Notes: generated by a model from the letters alone, not told the origin. Positions 19,253 to 28,737 are shown, counted from the first letter of the stretch. The stretch: DNA of 64,000 bases from Phycisphaeraceae bacterium (GCA_963674705.1 OY771506.1:2144001-2208000); one strand, 5' to 3'. Numbers and translations: made by a program.

Positions 19253-19663
19253 ATGGTGACGATGTCACTCAGATTATTCAAAACAGCTCACCAGAAAGTC
19301 GACACGTTTTGCAACGGCCGAACGCGTCAGCCGGATGAATTGTTTATTCAGGATTGTGACTTGCCTGAAGATGAAGATGCGGAACGTGTCGCGCTTGCGG
19401 TGCGTCGTGCGGTTGCTCGTGTTGGGTTGGTCGATCCGCTCTATATCAGGGCGGATGATCGGGAGATGGTAGAACTTAGCGCTCTGCCTCTATGGGATAG
19501 CATGGATTGGATCTCGTTATTATTATACCTGCAAGATGAGTTGGGAATAACAATTCCTGATAGAGAGGCTGAGTGCATACGTGTGAGTAAATTCAGTGTT
19601 CGCGGTTGCGTACACGACACACTGGCTGTGGTGCAAAGGCTAAGATCACTTAATCAAGAGTGA
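19253..19663 (+). CDS. Hypothetical protein with acyl-carrier-like C-terminal segment
   Basis: WDSMDWISLLLYLQDELGITIPDREAE resembles the ACP DSL helix; lower GC than flanks. Confidence 0.5.
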   Translation: MVTMSLRLFKTAHQKVDTFCNGRTRQPDELFIQDCDLPEDEDAERVALAVRRAVARVGLVDPLYIRADDREMVELSALPLWDSMDWISLLLYLQDELGITIPDREAECIRVSKFSVRGCVHDTLAVVQRLRSLNQE

Positions 19664-19931
19664 GTACGTAAGAAGATTCAGTAGTTCGTCGGTGGATAGT
19701 TCGACGATCTGTATGACAAATCCGCTTTGTGCGCAGGAATGTGCAACGAGTGCATGATGCGGGGTAAAAGGACCGGGTTTATGCGCATACGGCGCGCATC
19801 GGACAGAGGCGTGCGCGCAATGGGTGGTGGATAAGTCGCTATCTGTGATCGGCGGATTTGCATACCTGTCGCGTTCGGTTTAGGCGATGTATCAGGCGTT
19901 CTTTTGCTGTCGGCACAGCTCGGCGCAGTGA

Positions 19932-21617
19932 TCAGAACAGGCCGACGATCTCGCCGTTCTCATCCAGGTCGATCACCTCGGCGGCGGGGATTCTCGGGAG
20001 GCCGGGCATGGTCATGATGTCGCCGGTCAGGACGATGACGAAGCCTGCGCCGGCGGCGACGTAGACGTCGCGCAACGGAACGTCGAAGTTGCGGGGCCAG
20101 CCTTTAAGGCCGGGGTCTGTTGACAATGAGTACTGACTTTTGGCCATGCAGATCGGCAGCTTGCCGTAACCGTTGTCATCGAGCGCTTTGAACTTATCGC
20201 GCAGCTTTTTGTCTGCGAGGATGTCGTTGGCGCCGTAGACCTTCTGCGCGATCGCACGGACCTTTTGGAATAACGGCAGGTCGTCTTCGTAGGTGAGTGT
20301 AAGTTGGGGCTTGTTCGCTTTCGTCGCTTCGATGACTGCTTTAGCCAGGCCCTCTGCGCCATCACCGCCGCGCGCCCAGTGGTCGGCCTGTACAGCGGTG
20401 ACACCTAACCATTCGCAGCTCTTGGTGATGCAGTCGATCTCATCAGGCGTGTCGCTGGTAAAGGCGTTGATTGCGACGACGACATTAGCGCCCCAGCTCT
20501 TTACGTTCTCGATGTGCTTCTGAAGGTTGACCATGCCTTTATGCACGGCTTCGACACTGGGCTTTTGCAGGTCTTCCTTCGCCACCCCGCCGTGATACTT
20601 CAAGGCGCGTGCTGTCGCGACGATCACGACGGCGTCCGGTTGCAAGCCCGCCTTTCGGCATTTGATGTTGAAGAACTTCTCTGCGCCGAGGTCCGCGCCG
20701 AAGCCGGCTTCCGTCACGGTGTAGTCACTTAAGCGCATCGACAGCTTGGTTGCCAGCACGCTGTTGCAGCCGTGGGCGATGTTGGCAAACGGGCCGCCGT
20801 GCACGAACGCGGGATTGTTCTCCAGCGTCTGCACCAGGTTGGGCTTGAGCGCCTCGCGCAGCAATACCGTCATCGCGCCGGCTACATTGAACTGCGCCGC
20901 GGTGATGGGTTCTTTATCGAACGAGTACGCTACGACGATCTTTGACAGCCGCTCTTTTAATTCCTGCAACGACTCGCTGAGGCAGAAGATCGCCATCACT
21001 TCCGAAGCAACGGTGATGTCGAAACATGATTCACGTGGGAAGGAGTTGGTTACGCCACCGAGACCGATGATGATCTTGCGCAGAGCTCGGTCATTCATAT
21101 CGACGACGCGGTTGAACACCACGCGACGCGGATCAATGTGCAGCTTGTTGCCCCAGTGGATGTGGTTATCCAGCGTGGCGGCAAGCAGGTTGTGTGCTAA
21201 ACCGATGGCGTGAAAGTCTCCGGTGAAGTGCAGGTTGATATCTTCCATCGGGACGACTTGAGCATATCCGCCCCCGGCCGCGCCGCCCTTCATGCCGAAA
21301 CATGGACCGAGCGATGGTTCGCGCAGGCATAACGTTGCCTGGGCGCCAAGCCGGTTCATCCCGTCCGCCAGACCGATCGATGTGGTGGTTTTGCCTTCGC
21401 CTGCGGGTGTCGGATTGATCGCTGTGACGAGGATGAGCTTGCCCATCGAGCGGTCTTGTGTCTTCTTCAGGAAGTCGTAGGAGACCTTGGCTTTGTAGTG
21501 GCCGAACTGTTCGAGGTCGCCCGGCTCGATACCGAGCTTTGCGGCAACGTCCGCGATCGGCAGCATTTTGGCCTGGCGTGCGATTTCGATATCACTTGGC
21601 GTCTGTGTGTAGGACAT
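19932..21617 (-). CDS. fhs: Formate--tetrahydrofolate ligase
   Basis: [53 protein letters not shown]. Confidence 0.97.
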   Translation of the reverse strand: MSYTQTPSDIEIARQAKMLPIADVAAKLGIEPGDLEQFGHYKAKVSYDFLKKTQDRSMGKLILVTAINPTPAGEGKTTTSIGLADGMNRLGAQATLCLREPSLGPCFGMKGGAAGGGYAQVVPMEDINLHFTGDFHAIGLAHNLLAATLDNHIHWGNKLHIDPRRVVFNRVVDMNDRALRKIIIGLGGVTNSFPRESCFDITVASEVMAIFCLSESLQELKERLSKIVVAYSFDKEPITAAQFNVAGAMTVLLREALKPNLVQTLENNPAFVHGGPFANIAHGCNSVLATKLSMRLSDYTVTEAGFGADLGAEKFFNIKCRKAGLQPDAVVIVATARALKYHGGVAKEDLQKPSVEAVHKGMVNLQKHIENVKSWGANVVVAINAFTSDTPDEIDCITKSCEWLGVTAVQADHWARGGDGAEGLAKAVIEATKANKPQLTLTYEDDLPLFQKVRAIAQKVYGANDILADKKLRDKFKALDDNGYGKLPICMAKSQYSLSTDPGLKGWPRNFDVPLRDVYVAAGAGFVIVLTGDIMTMPGLPRIPAAEVIDLDENGEIVGLF

Positions 21618-22011
21618 GGCAACCCATCTCGATGAAGCGTTTATCCGATCAGCCACGTACGGCATATTATCGGGCCGAGTTGCGCAACTGCGGACCGATT
21701 ACACCAATACGATACCGGTATATCGGTTGATTGATATGCCAAGTTCCAGCCTTGGGCTTGGTTCTGGAGCATACCGAATCCTCCCGCAGCAGACTTGGTG
21801 AATCCCACGCACTGGTGTGGTGCTGCTAGTGTTCTGCACGTCGGCAGCCCGCGACGCGGCGCGATGCAGGACAACAGAGGAATTCCAACTTAAGTCCACG
21901 CAGGCGTAGAGCAAGCCGGCGCAGACCCAACCGGTCGGTTGCAGGCCGATGCCCAAAATCCAAGGCCCGAATCCCCAAGCCTCAAGCCCAAGGTGCATAC
22001 CCCGCCGAATA

Positions 22012-22050
22012 TTGACAAAGACATCTAATATAAGTTATATTAAATACACT
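22012..22050 (+). promoter_or_regulatory. Sigma70-type promoter of arsR-like gene overlapped by palindrome copy 1
   Basis: TTGACA (22012-17), 18 bp, TATATT (22036-41); ATG only 9 nt further with no SD. Confidence 0.7.
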
Positions 22051-22338
22051 ATGACAAGACCCCTTATGAATGAAGAAGACCGGGCCGATGCGTTTCGAGG
22101 ATTGGCGAACCCGATCAGGCGGAAGGTGCTGACGCTGCTGAGGAAAAAACCCCGGACCGTGACCGAGCTTCTGGAACTGATAGATGAGCCACTTACGCAG
22201 CCCGGCATGTCGCGGCACCTGTCTATCCTCCGGGCCTGCGGCCTGGTTAAACAATCAAAACACGGCGCGGGTCGTGTCTACGAAGTCAACCGCTCAGCGA
22301 TCCAGCGCATCAGCAAGTGGTTGAAGCAGGTCGGTTGA
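22051..22338 (+). CDS. ArsR/SmtB-family HTH regulator
   Basis: AFRGLANPIRRKVL, TQPGMSRHLSILRACGLV, GRVYEVN. Confidence 0.9.
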   Translation: MTRPLMNEEDRADAFRGLANPIRRKVLTLLRKKPRTVTELLELIDEPLTQPGMSRHLSILRACGLVKQSKHGAGRVYEVNRSAIQRISKWLKQVG

Positions 22339-22651
22339 TAATCCGGTTGGACCTCAAGTGTTTTCAGGATGCGTTCTTGGCCCGGATTAAGGGTGAATGG
22401 AATCTATTTGCGTGCTATTCGCTGGCACGAAGAAAGCAGGCTCGGTGAATCTCATACTCACCTCATACTCACTCGTACGGGTGTTGGCGAGCGGCACAGC
22501 AGCGACCCAACCTCAACACAACGCAACTCGGTGCAACAGGGATTCTCCTCTAAGTACTTTCATGCCTAGGCCGAACCCGTCAGCAATGGCCGAAGTCCAA
22601 GATACGAAATCCAAGGCTTGAGGCATCCCCCAAGCCCGACGGTCCGGGATA

Positions 22652-22684
22652 AAGACATCTAATATAACTTATATTAGATGTTTT
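22652..22684. repeat. 33-bp palindrome copy 2
   Basis: AAGACATCTAATATAA C TTATATTAGATGTTTT. Confidence 0.95.
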
Positions 22685-23132
22685 GTGGCTGGGCCTTTTT
22701 ATGGTTGAGTCAGACCGGGCCGGTGTGTTTCGGGGTTGCGCTGCGCATTACCCGTTGCTACAGCCCGACACCCCTGCTGGGCGATCTTCGGGCGTTTCGC
22801 TTTAATCTTACGAGGCGGAACACTGGCGATGCGGTTGGATTCAATACGTACAATGCGGCGAATCGGCGGGCAGGTTGATACTTGGAGCGTACTGGATTCA
22901 CCCATTGCGGGCTTGACGAAACCCACGCTCTCGCGTGGGACTACTTGCAGTCCTGACTCGAAGCAGACCCGTCGCAATACAACACAACACAACATGGTTC
23001 TTCCGCTAAGTTCGCGCACGCCTAGGCCGAACCCGTCGGCTACGGCAATGAGCCCGCGAAGCAGAAAATCAATGCCCGATGCCCAATGTCGAAGCCCAAT
23101 GCCCGGGCATCATCGCCCACCGATCCGGGCTA

Positions 23133-23165
23133 AAGACATCTAATATAAGTTATATTAGATGTCTT
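23133..23165. repeat. 33-bp palindrome copy 3 (perfect 16-1-16)
   Basis: AAGACATCTAATATAA G TTATATTAGATGTCTT. Confidence 0.95.
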
Positions 23166-23264
23166 ACAGCAGGCGCGTGTTTGGGTAAGGATGCTTACTC
23201 GTGCGGGGGTAATATCAAGCGGGTAGCGCCTTATGCACTGGGATCCCGGGAGCTAGAGCAAATC

Positions 23265-23297
23265 AAGATATATAATATAACTTATATTAGATGTCTT
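23265..23297. repeat. 33-bp palindrome copy 4
   Basis: AAGATATATAATATAA C TTATATTAGATGTCTT. Confidence 0.92.
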
Positions 23298-23381
23298 CCG
23301 GGCGACGTGTTCTTTGGGTGCGGATGCTTGTTTGTGGGTGCGGGGGCTATGTATGGGGTGGTCAGAAAGAGGCGAATCGTT

Positions 23382-25172
23382 CTAGCCTTCGATCTTGATG
23401 ACCACAAGCGTGGTGTCGTCGACACCTTGGCGCGGGCCGGTGAACCGGCGGACACACCAGAGGATGTGGTTGATGGTGTCGGTGGCGGAACGGCCTTCCG
23501 CTTCGATCAGGGCTTGTGTGATCCGATCGCGGCCGAACTTCTGGCCCTTGTCGTTAAACGAATCAACAAGGCCGTCGGTGTACAGCAGGATCGTGTCGCC
23601 GAACGCCATATCGAACAGGCCTTTTTCGTATTCCTGATCGCTTAGGATGCCGACAGCCATGCCGCCGGTTTTGAGTGAATGGATTTTCTTGTTGCGTACC
23701 AGCAGCGGCGGGTCGTGGCCGGCGTTGCAGTAGGTAAGTCGTAGTGTTTCCGGGTCGAACACGCCGTACCACAACGTGGCGAACTCGTTGTCGAGCGTGT
23801 CGCGTGTCAGGGCATTGTTGACGCGGGCGATGATTTCGTCGAGGTCGTAGACATCTTGCGCGTAAGCCCGCAGGCTGGCACGGACGCTGGCCATGAGCAG
23901 GCTTGCGGCGATGCCTTTGCCGACGACGTCGCCGATGGCGATCCCGATGTGGCCGTCCAGGTCGATGACATCGTAGAAGTCGCCGCCGAGTTCGAAGCTG
24001 GGGACGTATCGTGCGGCGATATCGAACGGTTTGAGCTTGGGCAGGTCGCCGGGCAGCATGCGTCGCTGCACGTTGGCGGCGAGGTGCAGTTGGCGCAGGA
24101 CGCGTCTGCTTTGCGATCTCTGGGCATCGAGCCGGGCGTTTTGGATGGCGGTGCCCAGCATCTGAGCGATAGCCGTGACCAGCCGCACCTCAAAGGGGCT
24201 GAACGCGCGCTGCTCACCGGAAAACAGGTGTATCGTGCCGATCGCCTTGTTCTGATACATGATGCCCAGGCAGAGCATCGACGCGAGGCCTTCGGCCTTG
24301 GCGTCACCGGGGAAGACAATTCTTGGATCGGTGAGCATGTCCCGGATGTAGACGACCTTGCCGGACATCGCCTCGCGGAGCATTTCATAGTCATCGACAT
24401 CGATCGCACCGCTGGCGAGATATTCCGGCGAGAGGTTGTAGATCGCGCGGGGTTCAAGCTGATGCGGGTTGTCTTCCTTGGTCAGTCGGATGGCGACGGC
24501 CTTGGCCTTCATCACGTCGGCGATGGCGTGTGTGGCCGTGTCGATGACCTGTTGCAGGTCGCGGTTGGCGGCGAGGGCTTTACTGACTTCGTACAAAGCC
24601 GACAGTTCCTGCACGCGCTGGCGTGTGTGGTACTCGTCGTAACACAGCCGGGCGAGGCTGTTAGCCATGACATAGAGGAACTGGATACCCGCTGCCTTGT
24701 TCGGTCCACAGTGCAGGTCCGCGGCGCGTACCAGTTCGTCTACTTTGTCCTTCGGCACACCCAATGCCAACGCGGTCTTGCGCAGCGCCTTGTGGCCGAC
24801 GGGTTTGGCGTCGGCCGACCTGGGTTCCATGATGATGGTGCCCAGGACCTGTCCTTCGACAACGATCGGTGCACTGAATCGGCCCTTTTCGTCGCTGTCG
24901 GCGCCGATCAGTTGCTCGAGCACCTCGTGGGAGGCGCGTTGTTTTTCGGGATCGGTATCCACGGTGACCTGCGTGCCGTCACGATCGCGTATCGTCGTGC
25001 TCAGGCCGGTGACCGCGGTGAAGCTGTCCTGCACTTCCTGCAGGGCTTCGAGGTCCAGGAATTGGGTGAGCGACAACCTTGGGGCGGCGGGCACATCGGG
25101 GTGTGGTCCGGATGCTTCCGACCCCTTGCCGAGCAGGTCCGCCGGCAGGCCGTCAGGGGTTGAACTGGTCAT
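23382..25172 (-). CDS. PocR-GAF-SpoIIE (PP2C, RsbU-like) phosphatase
   Basis: LQEVQDSFTAVTG and APIVVEGQVLG (PocR); GAF; GGDFYD, GDVVGKG, NAGH, YTDG, DDTT. Confidence 0.9.
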   Translation of the reverse strand: MTSSTPDGLPADLLGKGSEASGPHPDVPAAPRLSLTQFLDLEALQEVQDSFTAVTGLSTTIRDRDGTQVTVDTDPEKQRASHEVLEQLIGADSDEKGRFSAPIVVEGQVLGTIIMEPRSADAKPVGHKALRKTALALGVPKDKVDELVRAADLHCGPNKAAGIQFLYVMANSLARLCYDEYHTRQRVQELSALYEVSKALAANRDLQQVIDTATHAIADVMKAKAVAIRLTKEDNPHQLEPRAIYNLSPEYLASGAIDVDDYEMLREAMSGKVVYIRDMLTDPRIVFPGDAKAEGLASMLCLGIMYQNKAIGTIHLFSGEQRAFSPFEVRLVTAIAQMLGTAIQNARLDAQRSQSRRVLRQLHLAANVQRRMLPGDLPKLKPFDIAARYVPSFELGGDFYDVIDLDGHIGIAIGDVVGKGIAASLLMASVRASLRAYAQDVYDLDEIIARVNNALTRDTLDNEFATLWYGVFDPETLRLTYCNAGHDPPLLVRNKKIHSLKTGGMAVGILSDQEYEKGLFDMAFGDTILLYTDGLVDSFNDKGQKFGRDRITQALIEAEGRSATDTINHILWCVRRFTGPRQGVDDTTLVVIKIEG

Positions 25173-25184
25173 GGTCAATCCGAG

Positions 25185-26882
25185 CTACTTCCCATCATCG
25201 GATGTGTCGGCTTCATCGAGCCAGATCTCACGGACGACCAGCAGCAGCGGATCGCGTGGTGATTTGGATTGCGCCAGTGCCAGGCCGTAACGGACGAGTT
25301 GCTTTGAATTTGCCTGGTAACCAAGATACGCAATAAGCAGCGGGGCGTCCTTGCCGCCTTCGCCCTGGCTGATGACGGATTGCAGTTCCTGCTGAATCCA
25401 TTCAAGCCGTTCCTGGGGGGGCAGCAGTTTGGCGTCGTAACGTGCGGCGATCAGTTCCGGGTGCTGCTGGAAGAGGGCGCGCAGGTTGTTGCCGGCGCTG
25501 CGGAACATGCCGGCGCCGAGTTGTGCGTGGATCAGGCCGGCCTGTGGCAGCGGGTCGTTGTTCGTATCCAGCAGGATCTGGCGGTAGCGGTTCTCGGCGG
25601 TCAGGTATTTGCCGTTGGCAAGTGCCGCTTCTGCTTCGCGTGTCATTTCGTCGATGCGTGTTTTCTTGTCGGATGCGAGCGTCTTGATCCTGGGCAAGTC
25701 GTAATTCAGTTGATCGATGGCGCTGCCGGCTTCGCCCTCGGTTGCCTCGGTTTGATCCGCGGATTGGGATGGGCTCGCTTTACGGCGGGTCTTGTAATCT
25801 TCGCCGTAAATCTCTTTCATGATGTCGTCGTAAGCGCGCTCGGCCTCGGTGACTTGCTGTGCGGTCGGGGCCTCCATCTGGCTGGTCCACGGGTCCTCAG
25901 CAGGTTCGCTCTTCTTGCCAGCTTTGATATCGCGCAACAGGTTGTCGTAGACGCTACTGCTTGATTCAGTATCCGGCGATTCGACGCGCTGAAGCAGCGA
26001 ATCCAGCACCTGCTGGGTCCTCATCGGATCGATGGTCGCGGTGCTGTTGGGATCGATCTGCGTCTGCAGTTGCTGGCCGAGCATCATGGTCGGGGGCAAC
26101 TGGCCACCGATCAGTTGTGATGCGTCTTTCTTGTCTTCGGCCTTGCCACCGAACGGATCGAAGACGTTACCCTCGAATTTGAACGAGTCGGTGATGTCAC
26201 CCATCGCAGGTGAATCGTTGGCGTCATTGGCCTCTTCAGCCAGCCGGCGGTTCAGCGCTTCACTGGTGACGACGGGGACACGATCCTGGCCGGTGCCTTG
26301 CGCTTGGGTGAACGCTTGCAGTGCGCGTCCGGGAGCGAAGCGATTGGAGGCTTCACTAAAAGCATCGGTGGGCAGTTGTCTGCTTTGAATCGCCGTGGAT
26401 AGTTGATTGGGATTAACCAGGTACCCACCGCCTTGAGGCGCGATCAGGCCCGGTGAAGCCGGTTGTGCCACGCGGTTGGTGAAGGATCGGTACACCTGGA
26501 AGTTGTTTTGTGTGCCCACGCCGCCGATCGTAGCGGCGTTCAGGTAGCTCGTACTTGATGAAAGGCTGTTGGCGCGGAAGTTGAACAGGGAGTCGCTTCC
26601 GAGCGTATCCTGGAACTCGCCTACTGCGCCATAACCTACGTAGTCCTGGAAGGCTCGACCGCCGCCGACGTTGCCGGTGATGATGTCGTTGCGTCTGCTG
26701 AAGTCCAGTCGACCGTCTTCGGGGTTGTATCCGCCGGAGCCGACCTGCTGATTTGCGTCCAGGGCCCGGCCGTCGCTACCGGCTCGCGTCTGAGCGTGGA
26801 CCGATAATCCAGCGGTGAGCAGGGTGCAGAGGCCCAGTGCGGTGAGTATCTGTCCGGTCATAGTGGTTCGATACGTTTGCAT
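25185..26882 (-). CDS. Secreted hypothetical protein with C-terminal TPR-like helices
   Basis: Signal peptide, low-complexity middle, AEAALANGKYLTAENRY helical repeat. Confidence 0.7.
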   Translation of the reverse strand: MQTYRTTMTGQILTALGLCTLLTAGLSVHAQTRAGSDGRALDANQQVGSGGYNPEDGRLDFSRRNDIITGNVGGGRAFQDYVGYGAVGEFQDTLGSDSLFNFRANSLSSSTSYLNAATIGGVGTQNNFQVYRSFTNRVAQPASPGLIAPQGGGYLVNPNQLSTAIQSRQLPTDAFSEASNRFAPGRALQAFTQAQGTGQDRVPVVTSEALNRRLAEEANDANDSPAMGDITDSFKFEGNVFDPFGGKAEDKKDASQLIGGQLPPTMMLGQQLQTQIDPNSTATIDPMRTQQVLDSLLQRVESPDTESSSSVYDNLLRDIKAGKKSEPAEDPWTSQMEAPTAQQVTEAERAYDDIMKEIYGEDYKTRRKASPSQSADQTEATEGEAGSAIDQLNYDLPRIKTLASDKKTRIDEMTREAEAALANGKYLTAENRYRQILLDTNNDPLPQAGLIHAQLGAGMFRSAGNNLRALFQQHPELIAARYDAKLLPPQERLEWIQQELQSVISQGEGGKDAPLLIAYLGYQANSKQLVRYGLALAQSKSPRDPLLLVVREIWLDEADTSDDGK

Positions 26883-26961
26883 GGGGGTACTCCACAATTA
26901 CCAACTGAGTTGCCTAAGGCATTTTATCTCTGCTACTGCCGGGAAACGAGTAAAACCCGGA

Positions 26962-27429
26962 TTATGACACGATTTCCATAATCTCAAACCGCTTGGCGCC
27001 TCGGGGCAGGTCGACGCGGATGGTTTCACCCACGCGAGATTTCATAAGTGATTCACCCATAGGGCTTTGTGTCGTCACTTCGATCTCGTCGGCGTCGAAT
27101 CGGCCGGACGACTCGCCGACCAGTTTATAAAGGTCATCGGTCCCGTCATCGAGGTCCTTCAGACGCACGACAGCCCCGAGGAAGACCATGTCTTCAGGGA
27201 CTTCAATATCATCGGCTACGTGGGCTCCCTTGAGCCGTTTTTCCAAGCGACGGATTTCAGCTTCTTCCAGGCCCTGATCGTCTCTGGCGGCGTGGTAATC
27301 GGCGTTTTCCTTCAAATCGCCCTGAGCTCGGGCCTCAGCAATGCGATTCGCCAGCACCGGACGGTTGGCGATCAGTTCAGCCAAGCGACCTTCCAACTTG
27401 GCCTTTTCCTCCTTGGTAATGAATTCCAT
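26962..27429 (-). CDS. greA: Transcription elongation factor GreA/GreB family
   Basis: IAEARAQGDLKENADYHAAR, SPMGESL. Confidence 0.92.
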   Translation of the reverse strand: MEFITKEEKAKLEGRLAELIANRPVLANRIAEARAQGDLKENADYHAARDDQGLEEAEIRRLEKRLKGAHVADDIEVPEDMVFLGAVVRLKDLDDGTDDLYKLVGESSGRFDADEIEVTTQSPMGESLMKSRVGETIRVDLPRGAKRFEIMEIVS

Positions 27430-27845
27430 GGACGGTACTCCATTCAATAACGCTGTCTGTCTTTACTGTGTTCGCGTATTTTCGCATGAATGCCCGCTCG
27501 GGCAAACGGCCCATCCTAGCAGACACCCGCAATCGTGAAAACGGTGTTAACCCTGATCCCGGTGCCGTCGTGTTTTCCATAGCTGCATCGGCTGCAAGCC
27601 TATGCTCGGAACGGCGATCTTGAGAGCCGGCATTTCAGCACGTCCTGTTACCGGCATCTCTATCTGGCGAGTTGAGTGTACTTGCGCCAGCCATCGGCAT
27701 GGCCGGTGCTTTTTCAGCAAGTAAAGTAAGCGTGTGCCCCTGTCGAACCAGGCTGCGGGGCATGTATTATTTTAAACATTTATTTTAAAATAATTTACAA
27801 GCGTTTTGTGCGATATCGGCATATAATCTTGGTTTTCATGTTTTA

Positions 27846-27864
27846 GTACGTATAATGTACGTAC
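27846..27864. promoter_or_regulatory. Putative TA operator overlapping a -10 box
   Basis: GTACGTA-TAATG-TACGTAC perfect 7-5-7 inverted repeat containing TATAAT. Confidence 0.6.
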
Positions 27865-27908
27865 CGATACGGTATGGGGGCGCATCAGTTGCAGAAGGGA
27901 GCCTTACC

Positions 27909-28139
27909 ATGATGATTAAGAAGCTATCCAGACAGGGCAATTCCTCCACTCTCATACTCGATCGCACCCTTATGAGCCTTCTTGATTTAAACTGCGATTC
28001 TGAGGTCAAGGTAACGGTTGAGGGTCGAAAGCTTATTGTGGAGCCGCTTACGGAAGAAGAACGCAAGAAGCGATTTGAGGAAGTTCTAAGCCGTACTTCC
28101 CAGAAGAATGCCAAGTTGTTCCGTCGCCTGGCCCAATAA
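27909..28139 (+). CDS. AbrB/MazE-type antitoxin
   Basis: KKLSRQGNSSTLIL...VTVEGRKLIVEP swapped hairpin; ends LFRRLA. Confidence 0.85.
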   Translation: MMIKKLSRQGNSSTLILDRTLMSLLDLNCDSEVKVTVEGRKLIVEPLTEEERKKRFEEVLSRTSQKNAKLFRRLAQ

Positions 28140-28157
28140 ATTCCCGGGGACGAGACC

Positions 28158-28553
28158 ATGTCTATTGGCGAGCCGATTTTTCTGACGCTTGATGAGGTTT
28201 TGCAGATACACCATCACCAAATTGCCACCTATGGCGGCGACGATGGTGTACGTGAAGTCGGCTTGATTGAATCTGCCATTGCTCAGCCCCGCCAGAGTTT
28301 TGACGGGGTTTTTATGCACCCTGACGTTGCGTCTATGGCAGCTGCGTACTTCTTCCATATCATCGCAAACCACGGCTTTGTCGATGGCAATAAGCGAACC
28401 GGCGTACACGCGTCTGTCGTGTTCTTAGAACTCAACGGGTTGGAAGTTGAGTGGGATCAAGATGAAGTCGAGTCCCTGGCGATGGGAGTCGCCAACAGCC
28501 AAACCACCAAAGATGATGTGATAGGATTCTTTACGCGACTACTTTCTGATTAG
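28158..28553 (+). CDS. doc: Doc (death-on-curing, Fic family) toxin
   Basis: HGFVDGNKRTG motif; YGGDDGVREVGLIESA. Confidence 0.9.
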   Translation: MSIGEPIFLTLDEVLQIHHHQIATYGGDDGVREVGLIESAIAQPRQSFDGVFMHPDVASMAAAYFFHIIANHGFVDGNKRTGVHASVVFLELNGLEVEWDQDEVESLAMGVANSQTTKDDVIGFFTRLLSD

Positions 28554-28594
28554 AGCGTTCTCAATCCAAGCGTAGCCAGTAGCCACCCTTTACG

Positions 28595-28667
28595 GTCATC
28601 CCCGCGCACGGGGGGGCCACGTGCAGGGATTCACCGGGCGCGTGGATTCCCGCGGCGCGGGAATGAC
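28595..28667. repeat. REP-like palindromic element
   Basis: GTCATCCCCGCG...GGATTCCCGCGGCGCGGGAATGAC terminal inverted repeat with internal hairpins. Confidence 0.7.
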
Positions 28668-28737
28668 GAGGTTTGTTACTTCGCGTTGTGATGTGATGAA
28701 ACTGAATATTAAACGCTACAGATGGTTTGAAAACGCT

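Noticed and set aside
23133..23165. Protelomerase (hairpin telomere) target site
   Set aside because: Odd-centred palindrome, multiple internal copies and no protelomerase gene seen.
22018..23297. CRISPR array interpretation of the 33-bp repeats
   Set aside because: Spacing is irregular (132-634 bp), the repeats are full palindromes and there are no cas genes in the window.
23079..23645. ORFs containing 'KTSNISYIRCL' (also the 21949 N-terminal extension of ArsR)
   Set aside because: The peptide is just the translated palindrome; the ORF overlaps the PP2C gene antisense and has no protein-like features.
23856..25163. 435-aa plus-strand ORF
   Set aside because: Antisense shadow of the PocR-GAF-PP2C gene.
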